A DNA stretch of 64,000 bases from a virus (Duplodnaviria > Caudoviricetes): IMG/VR virus record IMGVR_UViG_3300021255_000040, positions 32,001 through 96,000 of that record; one strand, given 5' to 3'. This document shows, piece after piece, positions 18,332 through 28,281 of the stretch. The notes beneath the pieces were generated by a model. It was not told where the DNA came from, did no database searches, and saw only the letters and a program-made list of their open reading frames with translations. Position numbers and translations under genes: made by a program. Every line of letters starts with the position of its first letter. Within the stretch, counting starts at the first letter, position 1.

Positions 18332-18361
18332 AAGAGAGATGGGTTTAATGCCCACCTCTCT
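18332..18361. terminator. hairpin between convergent genes
   Basis: AGAGAGATGGG-TTTAATG-CCCACCTCTCT. Confidence 0.6.
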
Positions 18362-18389
18362 TATGTATTGAGTTATTACAAAAACTATG

Positions 18390-18722
18390 TTAGTTTTCTT
18401 TATTCATCCATTCCTCTGCCTGCTTACACCAATCATCACAAGCAGCAGACTTATGATACTCAGGCGTCGCTTTTGGAAAGCAATCTGGGCAATAGAACTC
18501 ATGCGGAGGCTTGGCTTCAATAGATGAAACGTGCCAGTCATGATGTATAAGCCATTGCGTTAACAGAATGGTTGCCGTAGCGCAGAATGGATGTAGTACC
18601 TCATTACGTGTCTTCTCAGAATACATCGTAGGAACTCTTATCTTCTTGCCGCAGACAGAACAATACACTTCCTTGCTCCGCTGGTCAAGACCATACTTTT
18701 TTCTTAATTCTTCTATTGTCAT
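18390..18722 (-). CDS. Zn-finger hypothetical protein
   Basis: CSVC...CPDC. Confidence 0.65.
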   Translation of the reverse strand: MTIEELRKKYGLDQRSKEVYCSVCGKKIRVPTMYSEKTRNEVLHPFCATATILLTQWLIHHDWHVSSIEAKPPHEFYCPDCFPKATPEYHKSAACDDWCKQAEEWMNKEN

Positions 18723-18866
18723 TTGTATTTAAATGTTACAATAAGTATGTTACTATCAAAAAACAAAGAAGAAAATAACTGCCAATACAGTCAGTACACC
18801 TAATAAGTAGTACCCCAATAACTTGAAACTCTTCTTCATAATCTTACAACTGCTATGTTACACACT

Positions 18867-19862
18867 CTATTCTAGTATCAACATCTTCTTTCCTGTACCT
18901 CCTTGTTTCTTATATACTCTTAGTGTAATAGCATTACTCCAAATAGAATCATTCTCATTATGTGCTTCGACTCTAAAATAAACAGCATCAGAAGGAATAG
19001 TCGTAGTAACAAGATTACTTTCAAATCTTGTGCTGTTATTATCTACTATAACATTGATGTGGTCTGCATTGGATGTCTCAACACTTAGAGTGTTTGTACT
19101 TTCATCAAAAGCAATGGATTTGAACACTAAGTTGGTATTATACAACTTTGAGTAGAATCTGCCTTCACGATATGCTTTAAGACACTCATGCTCTGTAAAC
19201 TCAGGAACAAGAAGAATAGTTCTTCCACCAAAATCAGGAGTACGTTGAGCATAATGGTCAGGAACACAAAAGCCCCAACATCTTCTGCCAGTACTTAGAA
19301 CTCTGTTCCATATCGCCATCTCTTCTTCCTTACCACCTACCCCTATATCAGCATCAACATTATAGAATTCGACACCTATAACTCTGTCATCAAAGTCAAG
19401 CATCTCAATAATATCCTCATAAGTTAATTGGCCTTCATCTATACTACTCCAATAAGGGTGGTTTATAGTTATACCACCACCGTCTTTATATTGAAGGGTT
19501 TCCAATACCTTCTTATAAGCATATTTCCAATCTGCTCTGCCAAATCCTCTTGGAGTAGAGCCAGCAGGTGAACCAGAAGTATGAAAACAGCCTATTCCAT
19601 TAAAATGGTGTCTATCAATATTGGTCTCATGGTGTTCTGCGTTAGGCCCACCAAGGACATCATTTGGAACATTACTGAATTTACTGTTCAATGGATAAAC
19701 GGGTGCAGATGGGTAATAATTGGAAACAACGACATATTTTATGCCTCCAGCAATAAGATTTGCAAACTCTTCATTGTTATTACAATGGTCATGTGAGCAG
19801 GAAGGCACACTTATAGCAGTATTCCAATTTACATCTTTATATGGATTTATTATATTTCCCAT
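18867..19862 (-). CDS. PHP-fold metallohydrolase
   Basis: SHDH, EHH, HFN, INHP, EFYN, PDH metal-ligand motifs. Confidence 0.75.
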   Translation of the reverse strand: MGNIINPYKDVNWNTAISVPSCSHDHCNNNEEFANLIAGGIKYVVVSNYYPSAPVYPLNSKFSNVPNDVLGGPNAEHHETNIDRHHFNGIGCFHTSGSPAGSTPRGFGRADWKYAYKKVLETLQYKDGGGITINHPYWSSIDEGQLTYEDIIEMLDFDDRVIGVEFYNVDADIGVGGKEEEMAIWNRVLSTGRRCWGFCVPDHYAQRTPDFGGRTILLVPEFTEHECLKAYREGRFYSKLYNTNLVFKSIAFDESTNTLSVETSNADHINVIVDNNSTRFESNLVTTTIPSDAVYFRVEAHNENDSIWSNAITLRVYKKQGGTGKKMLILE

Positions 19863-19863
19863 A

Positions 19864-20619
19864 TTATCTTACTCCATAAATACTTACAAGAATCTTATCA
19901 CCAGACTCAAAATCAGAAACTTGAACATTCAAACCACAATAAAGTCCATTAACTTCCTGCCAATCAGTTGAGTAACAATAACCATCATTTTCAGAAAGTG
20001 TAGCTACCAACGCATTGTATGACTGATTAGGATGCAGATGCTTAACCATTAAATATTTTGTTAATTTAACGTGTCTTGAAGCACCGTGATTTTCAGAGTC
20101 ATAAACTATATAGGAAACAAAAAAGTATTTATAATTACTAATGTCAACATCTTCATTATGCCATACGTTTATATTACTAGCAGATGTAATAGATACCTCC
20201 TTACTTGCAAGTTTCTGTACAGGTTTAATATCCTTAACATACGAAGGAATCTCGTCAACAAAATTAGTTGTCAGCGTAACATTAGTGCTATTTTCATTTG
20301 CTATATTGTTATATATGGCAATTTTTCTGATACAACTAATATCTGCAAAATACAAGCCATTAGCCGTAATTGTATCGTATATATTTCCATTTACATCAAA
20401 TACTCTCAAATTATTGTTTCCACCATACGACAATTTTCCTAAAATGGAAATACTTGCATCGCCTGTAATGTTAGAAACCTCGATAGCCAACACTTTATAC
20501 ACTGTGTTTATTGGAAAATCATCAAACAACGTTCCTCTATTAGCTAAACTTACATTATAATTGTTGGCAAAACTAATATTACTCTTTCTCTTAAAAAAAT
20601 TTGAATCAAAAAGTCCCAT
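19864..20619 (-). CDS. beta-rich hypothetical protein
   Basis: 251-aa ORF in the antisense cassette. Confidence 0.7.
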   Translation of the reverse strand: MGLFDSNFFKRKSNISFANNYNVSLANRGTLFDDFPINTVYKVLAIEVSNITGDASISILGKLSYGGNNNLRVFDVNGNIYDTITANGLYFADISCIRKIAIYNNIANENSTNVTLTTNFVDEIPSYVKDIKPVQKLASKEVSITSASNINVWHNEDVDISNYKYFFVSYIVYDSENHGASRHVKLTKYLMVKHLHPNQSYNALVATLSENDGYCYSTDWQEVNGLYCGLNVQVSDFESGDKILVSIYGVR

Positions 20620-20651
20620 AGCTATTTATTTTTTTTATTGTTAAAATTCAA

Positions 20652-21770
20652 TTATGAAAATGAGCATGCTGTCACATTACCGTCAGCATCTCTGGTTATA
20701 ATAAGAATGTGCCTCTTGCCTTGATAGGAGGCACTGACAGAAGTTGCAAATCCTTCGCTATCTCTTGTAATATCTACAATACACTGAGAACCATCTGGCC
20801 AGTATCCAGTAATTCTTGTGACCAATCCATCATCATTTCTTGTAATATTGGTTGCAGTAAATGCTTCAGTAAGTATCCATGACTTCAAATTCGACAAAGC
20901 ATTACCTTCATCGGAATCAATTGAAATATCCATAGCACTTATATCAACACCACAAGTAACCTGTATATAACAATTAACTAACTCCGTATCACTTGTCTTT
21001 TCAATAGTACAAGACGTTCCTCCAGCTTCAATAGAAGAATTATCAAGAGATGTACCATCAGATTTGTATAATCTACAGTAAACTTTAGAAGAAACAGCAG
21101 CAGACAATGTAAAGACAATAATATACTTTACATCAGCCTTCATCGTAAAGTAGTGTTTATAGGTACTACCGCCAACAAAACCTCTTAATGGAATAGAAAT
21201 ACTACCAGCATATTTTCTAACTTCCTCATAGATAGTTTCTGCTACTCCTCCACTCTTAACCAAATTCTCGCTATTAGCAGCAGGTTCATCATCCACCCCT
21301 TGCCAATCAGCAACAGTAGTACTCCATTCATCAGAAGTAAGTCTATACTGAACATACTTATTGTCAGAACTCTGTGCAGTTCCTTGAACAAACTTTATAC
21401 TCATGCCACCTTTTTGCTTTGCCTGAGGCACATCATCAAGAGCTTGCGATAAGGTTTCATATACCTTTAGTTTACTATCTGTAATATGGTCTTCAGATAC
21501 ATCATATACTCCCTCTCCTACACCACTGGAGTCATTACAGAATACTGCCCATCCTGTATTGGGTACAGCAGGGTCACTGGCATAGGGTGCTACACCTGTG
21601 ATTGATGCTGTAGGGGCAGTATCAGGGTCATAGTTAGGAGGATTACAGATGTATGAGGAACCATTGTATTGCACAATGTTGTCTTTGTAGTAAGAGGCAG
21701 TAGAGCTGTACTCTCCTCTGTTCTTAGGCACATAACCTAGATTAACTGTTGTTTGGCTCATATCATTCAT
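20652..21770 (-). CDS. tail-fibre/adhesin-like protein
   Basis: RGEYSSTASYYKDNIVQYNGSSYI and YDVS...KGGMSIKF...WQGVDDEP...NLVKSGGV motifs typical of Bacteroidota phage fibres; promoter TAATTTTG at 21806-21813. Confidence 0.65.
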   Translation of the reverse strand: MNDMSQTTVNLGYVPKNRGEYSSTASYYKDNIVQYNGSSYICNPPNYDPDTAPTASITGVAPYASDPAVPNTGWAVFCNDSSGVGEGVYDVSEDHITDSKLKVYETLSQALDDVPQAKQKGGMSIKFVQGTAQSSDNKYVQYRLTSDEWSTTVADWQGVDDEPAANSENLVKSGGVAETIYEEVRKYAGSISIPLRGFVGGSTYKHYFTMKADVKYIIVFTLSAAVSSKVYCRLYKSDGTSLDNSSIEAGGTSCTIEKTSDTELVNCYIQVTCGVDISAMDISIDSDEGNALSNLKSWILTEAFTATNITRNDDGLVTRITGYWPDGSQCIVDITRDSEGFATSVSASYQGKRHILIITRDADGNVTACSFS

Positions 21771-21999
21771 TTTTAAATTTTATAACATATTTTAATTAAC
21801 TAGTGCAAAATTAGTTAATCATCGGCATGTTGATAGCTTACTTAAAATAAGCATAAGTTCTATTTAAAGATTTCCTTAATTTAACAAGTGAAATAATGCC
21901 CTGCGTAAGTAGTCAAGAGACACAGCACCACCTCTATACCATGAGGGAGTAGTTACTAAGTATGTTTCTTAGATATAATATAATATAAGGTATAGTGAT

Positions 22000-22007
22000 T
22001 ACCTTTG
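22000..22007 (+). promoter_or_regulatory. Bacteroidota -7 element upstream of tRNA-Arg
   Basis: TACCTTTG(CA). Confidence 0.7.
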
Positions 22008-22020
22008 CAACATGAAATAA

Positions 22021-22092
22021 GCTCCCATAGTCGAGTGGATAAGACGTAGACCTCCTAAGTCTAAAGCACTGGTTCAATTCCAGTTGGGAGTA
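22021..22092 (+). tRNA. tRNA-Arg (CCU)
   Basis: GCTCCCA/TGGGAGT acceptor; TAGAC-CTCCTAA-GTCTA; ACTGG-TTCAATT-CCAGT. Confidence 0.9.
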
Positions 22093-22267
22093 CTATCAGA
22101 ACAAAGCGTTGTTTTGTATTTTGATTTGTTTTAGTAGTAATATTGTTTTAGGTTAATAGAAAAGTTTTGGTTGCTTCCTATTGTCTGAGAAGATAGTAGG
22201 AAGCTTTTTCATGTGATAATTCTCCCAGTGCAAACTGGTAATAATAATCTTTTAAATAATAAGTAAA

Positions 22268-22570
22268 ATGAAACAAAATCACAACAAACGATGGACATTG
22301 GAAGAAGATGCAACTTTACTTCGTTATGTAAGGGCAAGGCCCCAAAATCTTCACAAGTGTTTTCTTGCAGTAGCAGAACAAACTGGTCGTACTGAAAGTG
22401 CTGTTCAAGGCAGATGGTATGGCAAAGTCTCTAAGGATCCAAAGAACATTTGCTTCTTCACTGCATCTCCCAAACATGTTTCAAGGAACAGAAAGAATGG
22501 TATGGGTGAAGAGAGTACTCCAAGTATCTGGAGAAGACTCATGACAGTTCTTCGTAGTATTGGAAAATAA
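22268..22570 (+). CDS. Myb/SANT-like HTH DNA-binding protein
   Basis: RWTLEEDATLL...VAEQTGRTESAVQGRWY. Confidence 0.65.
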   Translation: MKQNHNKRWTLEEDATLLRYVRARPQNLHKCFLAVAEQTGRTESAVQGRWYGKVSKDPKNICFFTASPKHVSRNRKNGMGEESTPSIWRRLMTVLRSIGK

Positions 22571-22599
22571 GCAGTTTTAAAACTTCTTAATCTATAATT

Positions 22600-22827
22600 A
22601 TGATTTATGTATCTGACTTACAGCAACTTATCAGTAGCTGGCAAGAGAGGATGGGTAAGCAGGCTCATCCTTTTGAATATAAGAATGCTCTCTCAGAGTG
22701 CATTTATGACTTGAACCAACTTATCAACCACTCCATTAAGGAAGAGCTTGACTATAAGGAGATGCTTGACTCATGGGAGGCTGATAATTATCTCTCTAGC
22801 ATAGAAGCTCATGAAGCAATCGCATGA
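22600..22827 (+). CDS. hypothetical protein
   Basis: 75-aa ORF. Confidence 0.6.
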   Translation: MIYVSDLQQLISSWQERMGKQAHPFEYKNALSECIYDLNQLINHSIKEELDYKEMLDSWEADNYLSSIEAHEAIA

Positions 22828-22897
22828 TGAAGAAGTAACAGTAGAGCAGGAAGACATGACTCCTGTTAATATGTATAATGAAATATGGTATAGTTAA

Positions 22898-24109
22898 ATG
22901 ACACGAGAAGAAATATATTCAAAATGTGTAGAAGAGATAGCCAAGACCAATTGCTTATTAATGGAACTGGCTACTGGCACTGGAAAGACCCGACTCTCTC
23001 TAATGCTATCTAATCATCTGTTAGAAAGCCAGTGGTATCAGCAGGCTAAGACCATTAATATCCTAATCATGGTAGCCAAGAGGGTACACAAACAGACTTG
23101 GGCAGATGAGATAGAGAAGTGGGGAGGTATTAAGCATCCTACAGCCTCTATCAATATCTGCAAGGAGTGCTATGAATCTCTGCACAAGCATTGTGATGAG
23201 CATTGGGACATCATTATCCTTGATGAATGTCACCACATAGGCTCTCAGGCTAGAATGGATGCCCTGAAGACTATTAAATATGGTTATATCATTGGTCTTA
23301 GTGCTACTATTCCCCGTAACATCAAGGCATTCTTCAGGTTCAACTATCACTCTCAGGTGGTTAGTTGTGACATCATTGAGGCTATTGACTCAGAGGTGTT
23401 GCCAGAACCTACCATTCTGTTGTTTCCTCTTCAGGTAGAGTCTTCCAGAGTCTCTGAGGTGCTTGAACTGCATCCCAAGGCTCCAGGGCCTGTAGTGCAT
23501 TGTGACTATAAGGACTTGAAGAAGTATAAATTCAAGAATGTCCATGTCTTGTGCAACTGCACTCAGGAACAGAAGCTTAGGGAGATTGATAGTCTTATCT
23601 CATGGTTCAAGAGCAAAGCTATGACTGGTAATCAGGCTATGAAGCAGACTTGGCTGTATTTCTGTGGTAAGAGGCTTGAGTTCCTTGCTGACTGTAAGTT
23701 GCAATGGGTAAAGCTTATCCTGCATCATTTAAATAAGGAGCGTACCATTACTTTCTGCAAGACTATCTCTCAGACTGAACAGCTTGGTAAGAACTGCATT
23801 CACTCTCAGAACAAGGATGCTACTAAGGTCTATGATGACTTCAACAACAAGAAGATTCATCATATTACAGCAGTCAATATCCTTAATGAGAATGCAAATC
23901 TTGTAGACTGTAAGTATGCTATCTTTGCTAATCTCTCATCTTCAGAGGTGGTTATTCCTCAGAGGATAGGTAGGTCTATGCGTCACAAGCAACCCGTAAT
24001 CATCTTCCCTTATTATAAAGGTACTAGGGAAGAAGAGATACTCCAGAAAATGCTTGAGGGATTCAACAAGGATTTTATAAAGGTAATACATTCAATTAAG
24101 GAAATATGA
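22898..24109 (+). CDS. superfamily 2 DExH helicase
   Basis: ATGTGKT, DECHH, SAT, QRIGR. Confidence 0.9.
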   Translation: MTREEIYSKCVEEIAKTNCLLMELATGTGKTRLSLMLSNHLLESQWYQQAKTINILIMVAKRVHKQTWADEIEKWGGIKHPTASINICKECYESLHKHCDEHWDIIILDECHHIGSQARMDALKTIKYGYIIGLSATIPRNIKAFFRFNYHSQVVSCDIIEAIDSEVLPEPTILLFPLQVESSRVSEVLELHPKAPGPVVHCDYKDLKKYKFKNVHVLCNCTQEQKLREIDSLISWFKSKAMTGNQAMKQTWLYFCGKRLEFLADCKLQWVKLILHHLNKERTITFCKTISQTEQLGKNCIHSQNKDATKVYDDFNNKKIHHITAVNILNENANLVDCKYAIFANLSSSEVVIPQRIGRSMRHKQPVIIFPYYKGTREEEILQKMLEGFNKDFIKVIHSIKEI

Positions 24110-24444
24110 GATGGAAGAAGTATAAACCAGGGGACAGAATTTTCTACGAGTGCTATGACAAAAGCATTGGAACTGACATTGTGCTCAGTGTAGAAGAAAA
24201 AGAATACCAATCAGAGCAAGGCTACCCTGTCAAGTACCAATGGCTCAATATTGATAAGTACTCAGGCATTGAGAATTACAGTTGTCTACCTCAGAATGAC
24301 CCAAGAGTTAAGGAACTGGTTAAGCAGTATGCTGCATTTGATAAGGCTAAATCTTCCATCATTCAGACCATCTCAGACCTCCTTGCTCCTTACAGCATTG
24401 AGTTAAAGAAACAACATTTAAAAGAAATTGAAGCAAAGTTATGA
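24106..24444 (+). CDS. hypothetical protein
   Basis: ATGA-coupled 112-aa ORF. Confidence 0.65.
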   Translation: MRWKKYKPGDRIFYECYDKSIGTDIVLSVEEKEYQSEQGYPVKYQWLNIDKYSGIENYSCLPQNDPRVKELVKQYAAFDKAKSSIIQTISDLLAPYSIELKKQHLKEIEAKL

Positions 24445-24644
24445 TAGAATTCAAGAAAGATAGAATCATTGACCCACTACCCCATAGAGAGCCAGTCAAA
24501 AGCAATTATGTGCTGAAAGACTTGGCTCTCAAGTACTATGACCAACTTGAAGCAATAATCAATGACCTTGCTGAAAAGTCTACTGGTGGTGAAGAGGCTT
24601 CTCTTGTGTTTGGTAATGGTAAGGTAACTATTAAACTGAAGTAG
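24441..24644 (+). CDS. hypothetical protein
   Basis: ATGA-coupled 67-aa ORF. Confidence 0.6.
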   Translation: MIEFKKDRIIDPLPHREPVKSNYVLKDLALKYYDQLEAIINDLAEKSTGGEEASLVFGNGKVTIKLK

Positions 24645-24799
24645 TATGAGCAAAGAATTTGAAGCACATATTCAACCAGGGGATGAAATCATCTGGAGTG
24701 ATAGCTTACAGTGCAGAGTTAATAAATCTCAGTTGAGAAGACTTGCTTAACCTGCTAAGATTTCTGGAAAGTTGAAAGAACTTATAGAGAAAAGAAAAC

Positions 24800-25309
24800 A
24801 TGAGCAAGAAAAATCAAAAACACAAAGTGAAACCTGACAATGGTTATCCCTTACCTCAGAGGACTGTGCTGTATAGTCATAAGAAGCACATGCAGCCAGT
24901 CCCTGAGGTTGGCAAGAGGTATCATTGCTTTGATGATGGGAAAATTACATTCTCCCGTCATTATATTATTGAGGTTACTGAGGTCTTAGGTTACAATGCC
25001 TTTAAGAAGAAGTATCCTGAAATGTTCCAGACTTACCTTGATGAGTCCAAACAATGTTATTGGCTCTATTCTAGAAGTTCTGATAAGTTCATCATCTGTC
25101 ATGCTGAGGAAGATAGGAAGGAAGGCTTTGACCTTGAAGTAGCTGTCAGAACTAAACAAGGTGGCTGGTTTACTATTAGTAAAAGTTCCTTTTATTGCGG
25201 TACATTTGATGTCACAGGAAAGCTTTGGGATGAACTCATCTCAGACATAGACCAATGGAACTATACTGAAGAAGAAAAGAAAAGGATTTTAGAAGAAAAT
25301 ACAATATGA
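24800..25309 (+). CDS. hypothetical protein
   Basis: 169 aa; YHCFDDGKI..SRHY. Confidence 0.7.
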   Translation: MSKKNQKHKVKPDNGYPLPQRTVLYSHKKHMQPVPEVGKRYHCFDDGKITFSRHYIIEVTEVLGYNAFKKKYPEMFQTYLDESKQCYWLYSRSSDKFIICHAEEDRKEGFDLEVAVRTKQGGWFTISKSSFYCGTFDVTGKLWDELISDIDQWNYTEEEKKRILEENTI

Positions 25310-25731
25310 CTCAAGAACAGATTGAACAGCTTGCTTTACATCATTTCCCTGTAAGACATAAGCATAATAAGAAAGGTACTGGAGAATATGACCCTAACTA
25401 CCCTCGCAGAAAGGCTTATGTATTAGGTGCATCAGAAACTCTTCAAGGACTCTGGAAGGATGCTCAAGGTGATGACTTGCCTGAGATTGACAGGGAGGTG
25501 ATAGTCCTAATTAACTATGATACTCCATCCAATGTACCACATGGAGAAGGGTATTCTACTTACAGAGTTGGTTTTGGACACAGGCCTAATCCTGATGGAT
25601 GGGATGGCAAGAACCTTGATACTGGAGAAATTACTCACTATACTCCTAAACTCTATGACAAGGGAGGCTGGAATGGGCCTGATATAGCTTATTGGCTTGA
25701 CTTAGAGTTGCCTATAGAAGAGCCAAAATGA
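25306..25731 (+). CDS. hypothetical protein
   Basis: 141 aa; LPEIDREVIVL...WLDLELP. Confidence 0.7.
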   Translation: MTQEQIEQLALHHFPVRHKHNKKGTGEYDPNYPRRKAYVLGASETLQGLWKDAQGDDLPEIDREVIVLINYDTPSNVPHGEGYSTYRVGFGHRPNPDGWDGKNLDTGEITHYTPKLYDKGGWNGPDIAYWLDLELPIEEPK

Positions 25732-25815
25732 ACACTATACTTTAGTGTTGCGGTTTAGTATAGTAAACCCTTGCGGTAAAGTACACTAAACCACAGTGAT
25801 TTAGTATATTAAATC
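25729..25815. repeat. array of 18-bp quasi-palindromes at 23-bp period
   Basis: GGTTTAGTATAGTAAACC (25752), GGTAAAGTACACTAAACC (25775), GATTTAGTATATTAAATC (25798), degenerate copy at 25729. Confidence 0.7.
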
Positions 25816-25872
25816 AAAACGGCTTATAATAATAAAGCAAAAGACTACATTATACAAATAACAAATGAAAAC

Positions 25873-26442
25873 ATGAAAATAACAATTAACACAGATGTCT
25901 TGAGGAAATACAATCTTTCTTTAGGGCAGTATTTGGTGTTGTTGTCCTCCTATTATAATATAGACTGTCAGGGGATTCAGAATGAACTGGTGAATCAGGG
26001 ACTGGCAGAGAGGGACTTGTTCAAGGAGTTTCCTCCTGTTATTTCTGACAACACCAAGAACCTGATAGCTAAGATTATGGTAGAGAGTGATGACAGGGCT
26101 GTGCAGAGTGGTATTGACTTTGACAAGTTGACTCTGCATCTTCAGGCATTCTATCCTGAGGGCATCAAGCCTGGGAAAACCTATCCTTGGAGAGGTAATG
26201 CAGATGAGATCGCTCAGAAACTTCGCACACTGGTGGTTAAGTATAACTTCACTTTCACCATTGAGGAAGCCAGCCAAGCTGTTGAGGAGTATGTAGCCAG
26301 TTTCAAGGCTCCTTATACCTACATGCATACTCTCAAGAACTTCATTCTCTACACCAAGAAGGAGAATGGTAAGTATGAAATGGAAAGTCTGTTTATGACA
26401 ATTATTGAAAACAACAGAGAGCAAAATGAAAATAACAATTGA
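25873..26442 (+). CDS. putative replication initiator/helicase loader-like protein A
   Basis: Paralogue of the next gene (MKITI..., YV.SF..., FI.K); just upstream of the helicase. Confidence 0.55.
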   Translation: MKITINTDVLRKYNLSLGQYLVLLSSYYNIDCQGIQNELVNQGLAERDLFKEFPPVISDNTKNLIAKIMVESDDRAVQSGIDFDKLTLHLQAFYPEGIKPGKTYPWRGNADEIAQKLRTLVVKYNFTFTIEEASQAVEEYVASFKAPYTYMHTLKNFILYTKKENGKYEMESLFMTIIENNREQNENNN

Positions 26443-27016
26443 TGAAAAGGTCTGTCTGAAGCAAGGACTAACCTTAAATGAGGCTATGATTGCCCAGACT
26501 ATCAGGTACGGTGATTTTGAGGAAGACCTAGACAATCTGATAGCAAGGGGGATTATAGTTGAGAAGAATGGGCAACATTTTATTGACAGTAAATGGGAGA
26601 CTAAACTTGAGAAAATATTTAAGGTCAGGGATAAGGATGAACTGGAGGCTCTGGCTACAAAAATTCAAGGGTGCTTCCCTGCTGGAAAGATGCGTGATAA
26701 ATTTGGTAGGGAGACTACCTATTATTATCGCTGCAACAAAGCTGTCATCAAGGATCATTTGAGAATGTTCTTTGAGAACTATGGTGATGTTCCTGATGAA
26801 GAGATTATAGATGCTACTCGCAGATATGTTGCTTCATTTAAGGGCAATTATAACGGCAGAATGCGTCTGGCTAAGTATTTCATTTGGAAGAATGATAAGC
26901 AGCCTACCTCTGATGATACCATCCAGATTAATCAGATTTCTGACCTTGCAGACTTCTTAGAAAATAAAGAAGAGACTGTAGCAGATACAAGTGATTGGAA
27001 CACTCAAACACTATGA
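26426..27016 (+). CDS. putative replication initiator/helicase loader-like protein B
   Basis: Paralogue of the previous gene; ATGA-coupled to the helicase. Confidence 0.55.
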   Translation: MKITIDEKVCLKQGLTLNEAMIAQTIRYGDFEEDLDNLIARGIIVEKNGQHFIDSKWETKLEKIFKVRDKDELEALATKIQGCFPAGKMRDKFGRETTYYYRCNKAVIKDHLRMFFENYGDVPDEEIIDATRRYVASFKGNYNGRMRLAKYFIWKNDKQPTSDDTIQINQISDLADFLENKEETVADTSDWNTQTL

Positions 27017-28176
27017 GCAAATTCTCTGAGATACAGGAGGAGAATAAACTTAGGAGAGAAAGAATTGTAGAGGGCAAGTATAATTGTCTGCCATTTCCAT
27101 TTAAGAGATTCAGCAAAGTTTATCCTGGCATTGAGCAAGGAAAATTTCTCATACTTACCGCAAATCAAAAAGTGGGAAAGAGTAAACTGGCTGATTACCT
27201 TTTTATATATGAGCCTCTGTTCAATATGTTGGACAAGGATGGGCCAAAGGTTAAAGTCATCTATTTCTCACTGGAGATGTCAGCTAAGGAGAAGTACAAT
27301 GAGTTTCTGTGTCACCTTCTATATAGGTTAGACAAGATTCACATTGATACAAGAAGGCTAAGAAGTGTGGATAAACCTTGTGACCCTCATGTCTTTGAGC
27401 TACTGGAGTCTGACAGGTATCAGCGTTATATTAGGGCTTATGAGGAAATGGTTATCTTTAATGATACTGACAAAAATCCTACTGGCATCAGGAAGTTCTA
27501 CCGTGATTATGCATTGGCTCATGGGCATTATAACTATGTAGTGGTTCAAGAGACTAATGAGATTACTGGAGAACTGGAAGACAAGAAGATTATTGACCCT
27601 ATTAAGCCCTACACTCAGGATGATGAAGATGAATACAGGATTATCATTCTTGACAATGCAGCTAATATCTCAACAGAAAAGAACTATGAGACACTGAAAA
27701 AAGCCATTGAGAAAGTCTCTAAGGATGGTATTGTTGCTAAGAAACAACTGAATTATATATTTGTATTGATTCAGCATCAGGCTCAGGCTCAGGAAGGTAT
27801 TGAGAATATTAAACTGGGCAGAATGCGACCAACCTCAGATGGTTTGGGTGATGCCAAAACTACCTCAAGAGACTTGAACTGCTTAATTGGCCTGTATAAC
27901 CCTATTAAGTTTCTTGCAGAGACACAACAGGAAATTTATGAAGGTTACAACATCAAGAAGCTCTCAAAGCATTGTAGATTCCTTGAAGTCATTGAGGACA
28001 GAGACTATGGTGCAGGTGGTTATCAGTGTGGTTTGTTCTTTGATGGTGCTACCAGTACCTTTAAGGAATTGCCTAAAACTAATGACATAGAAGGACTGGA
28101 AAGATATTACAGTTACATTAAGTCTCTGGAGTCTCTTGAGGACAATAATACCCTTCAATTAACTCATCCTAAGTAA
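27013..28176 (+). CDS. dnaB: DnaB-like (SF4) replicative helicase
   Basis: ANQKVGKS, YFSLEM, IILDN, IQHQ. Confidence 0.8.
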   Translation: MSKFSEIQEENKLRRERIVEGKYNCLPFPFKRFSKVYPGIEQGKFLILTANQKVGKSKLADYLFIYEPLFNMLDKDGPKVKVIYFSLEMSAKEKYNEFLCHLLYRLDKIHIDTRRLRSVDKPCDPHVFELLESDRYQRYIRAYEEMVIFNDTDKNPTGIRKFYRDYALAHGHYNYVVVQETNEITGELEDKKIIDPIKPYTQDDEDEYRIIILDNAANISTEKNYETLKKAIEKVSKDGIVAKKQLNYIFVLIQHQAQAQEGIENIKLGRMRPTSDGLGDAKTTSRDLNCLIGLYNPIKFLAETQQEIYEGYNIKKLSKHCRFLEVIEDRDYGAGGYQCGLFFDGATSTFKELPKTNDIEGLERYYSYIKSLESLEDNNTLQLTHPK

Positions 28177-28281
28177 CTCCCTTCAATTTTTATATCAACA
28201 ATTTAAGCAGGATAATCTTCTCATTTTGGGAGGTTATCTTTGCAGTCACTAACATTTTAAAAGAGTAGAAGAAATAAAAGT

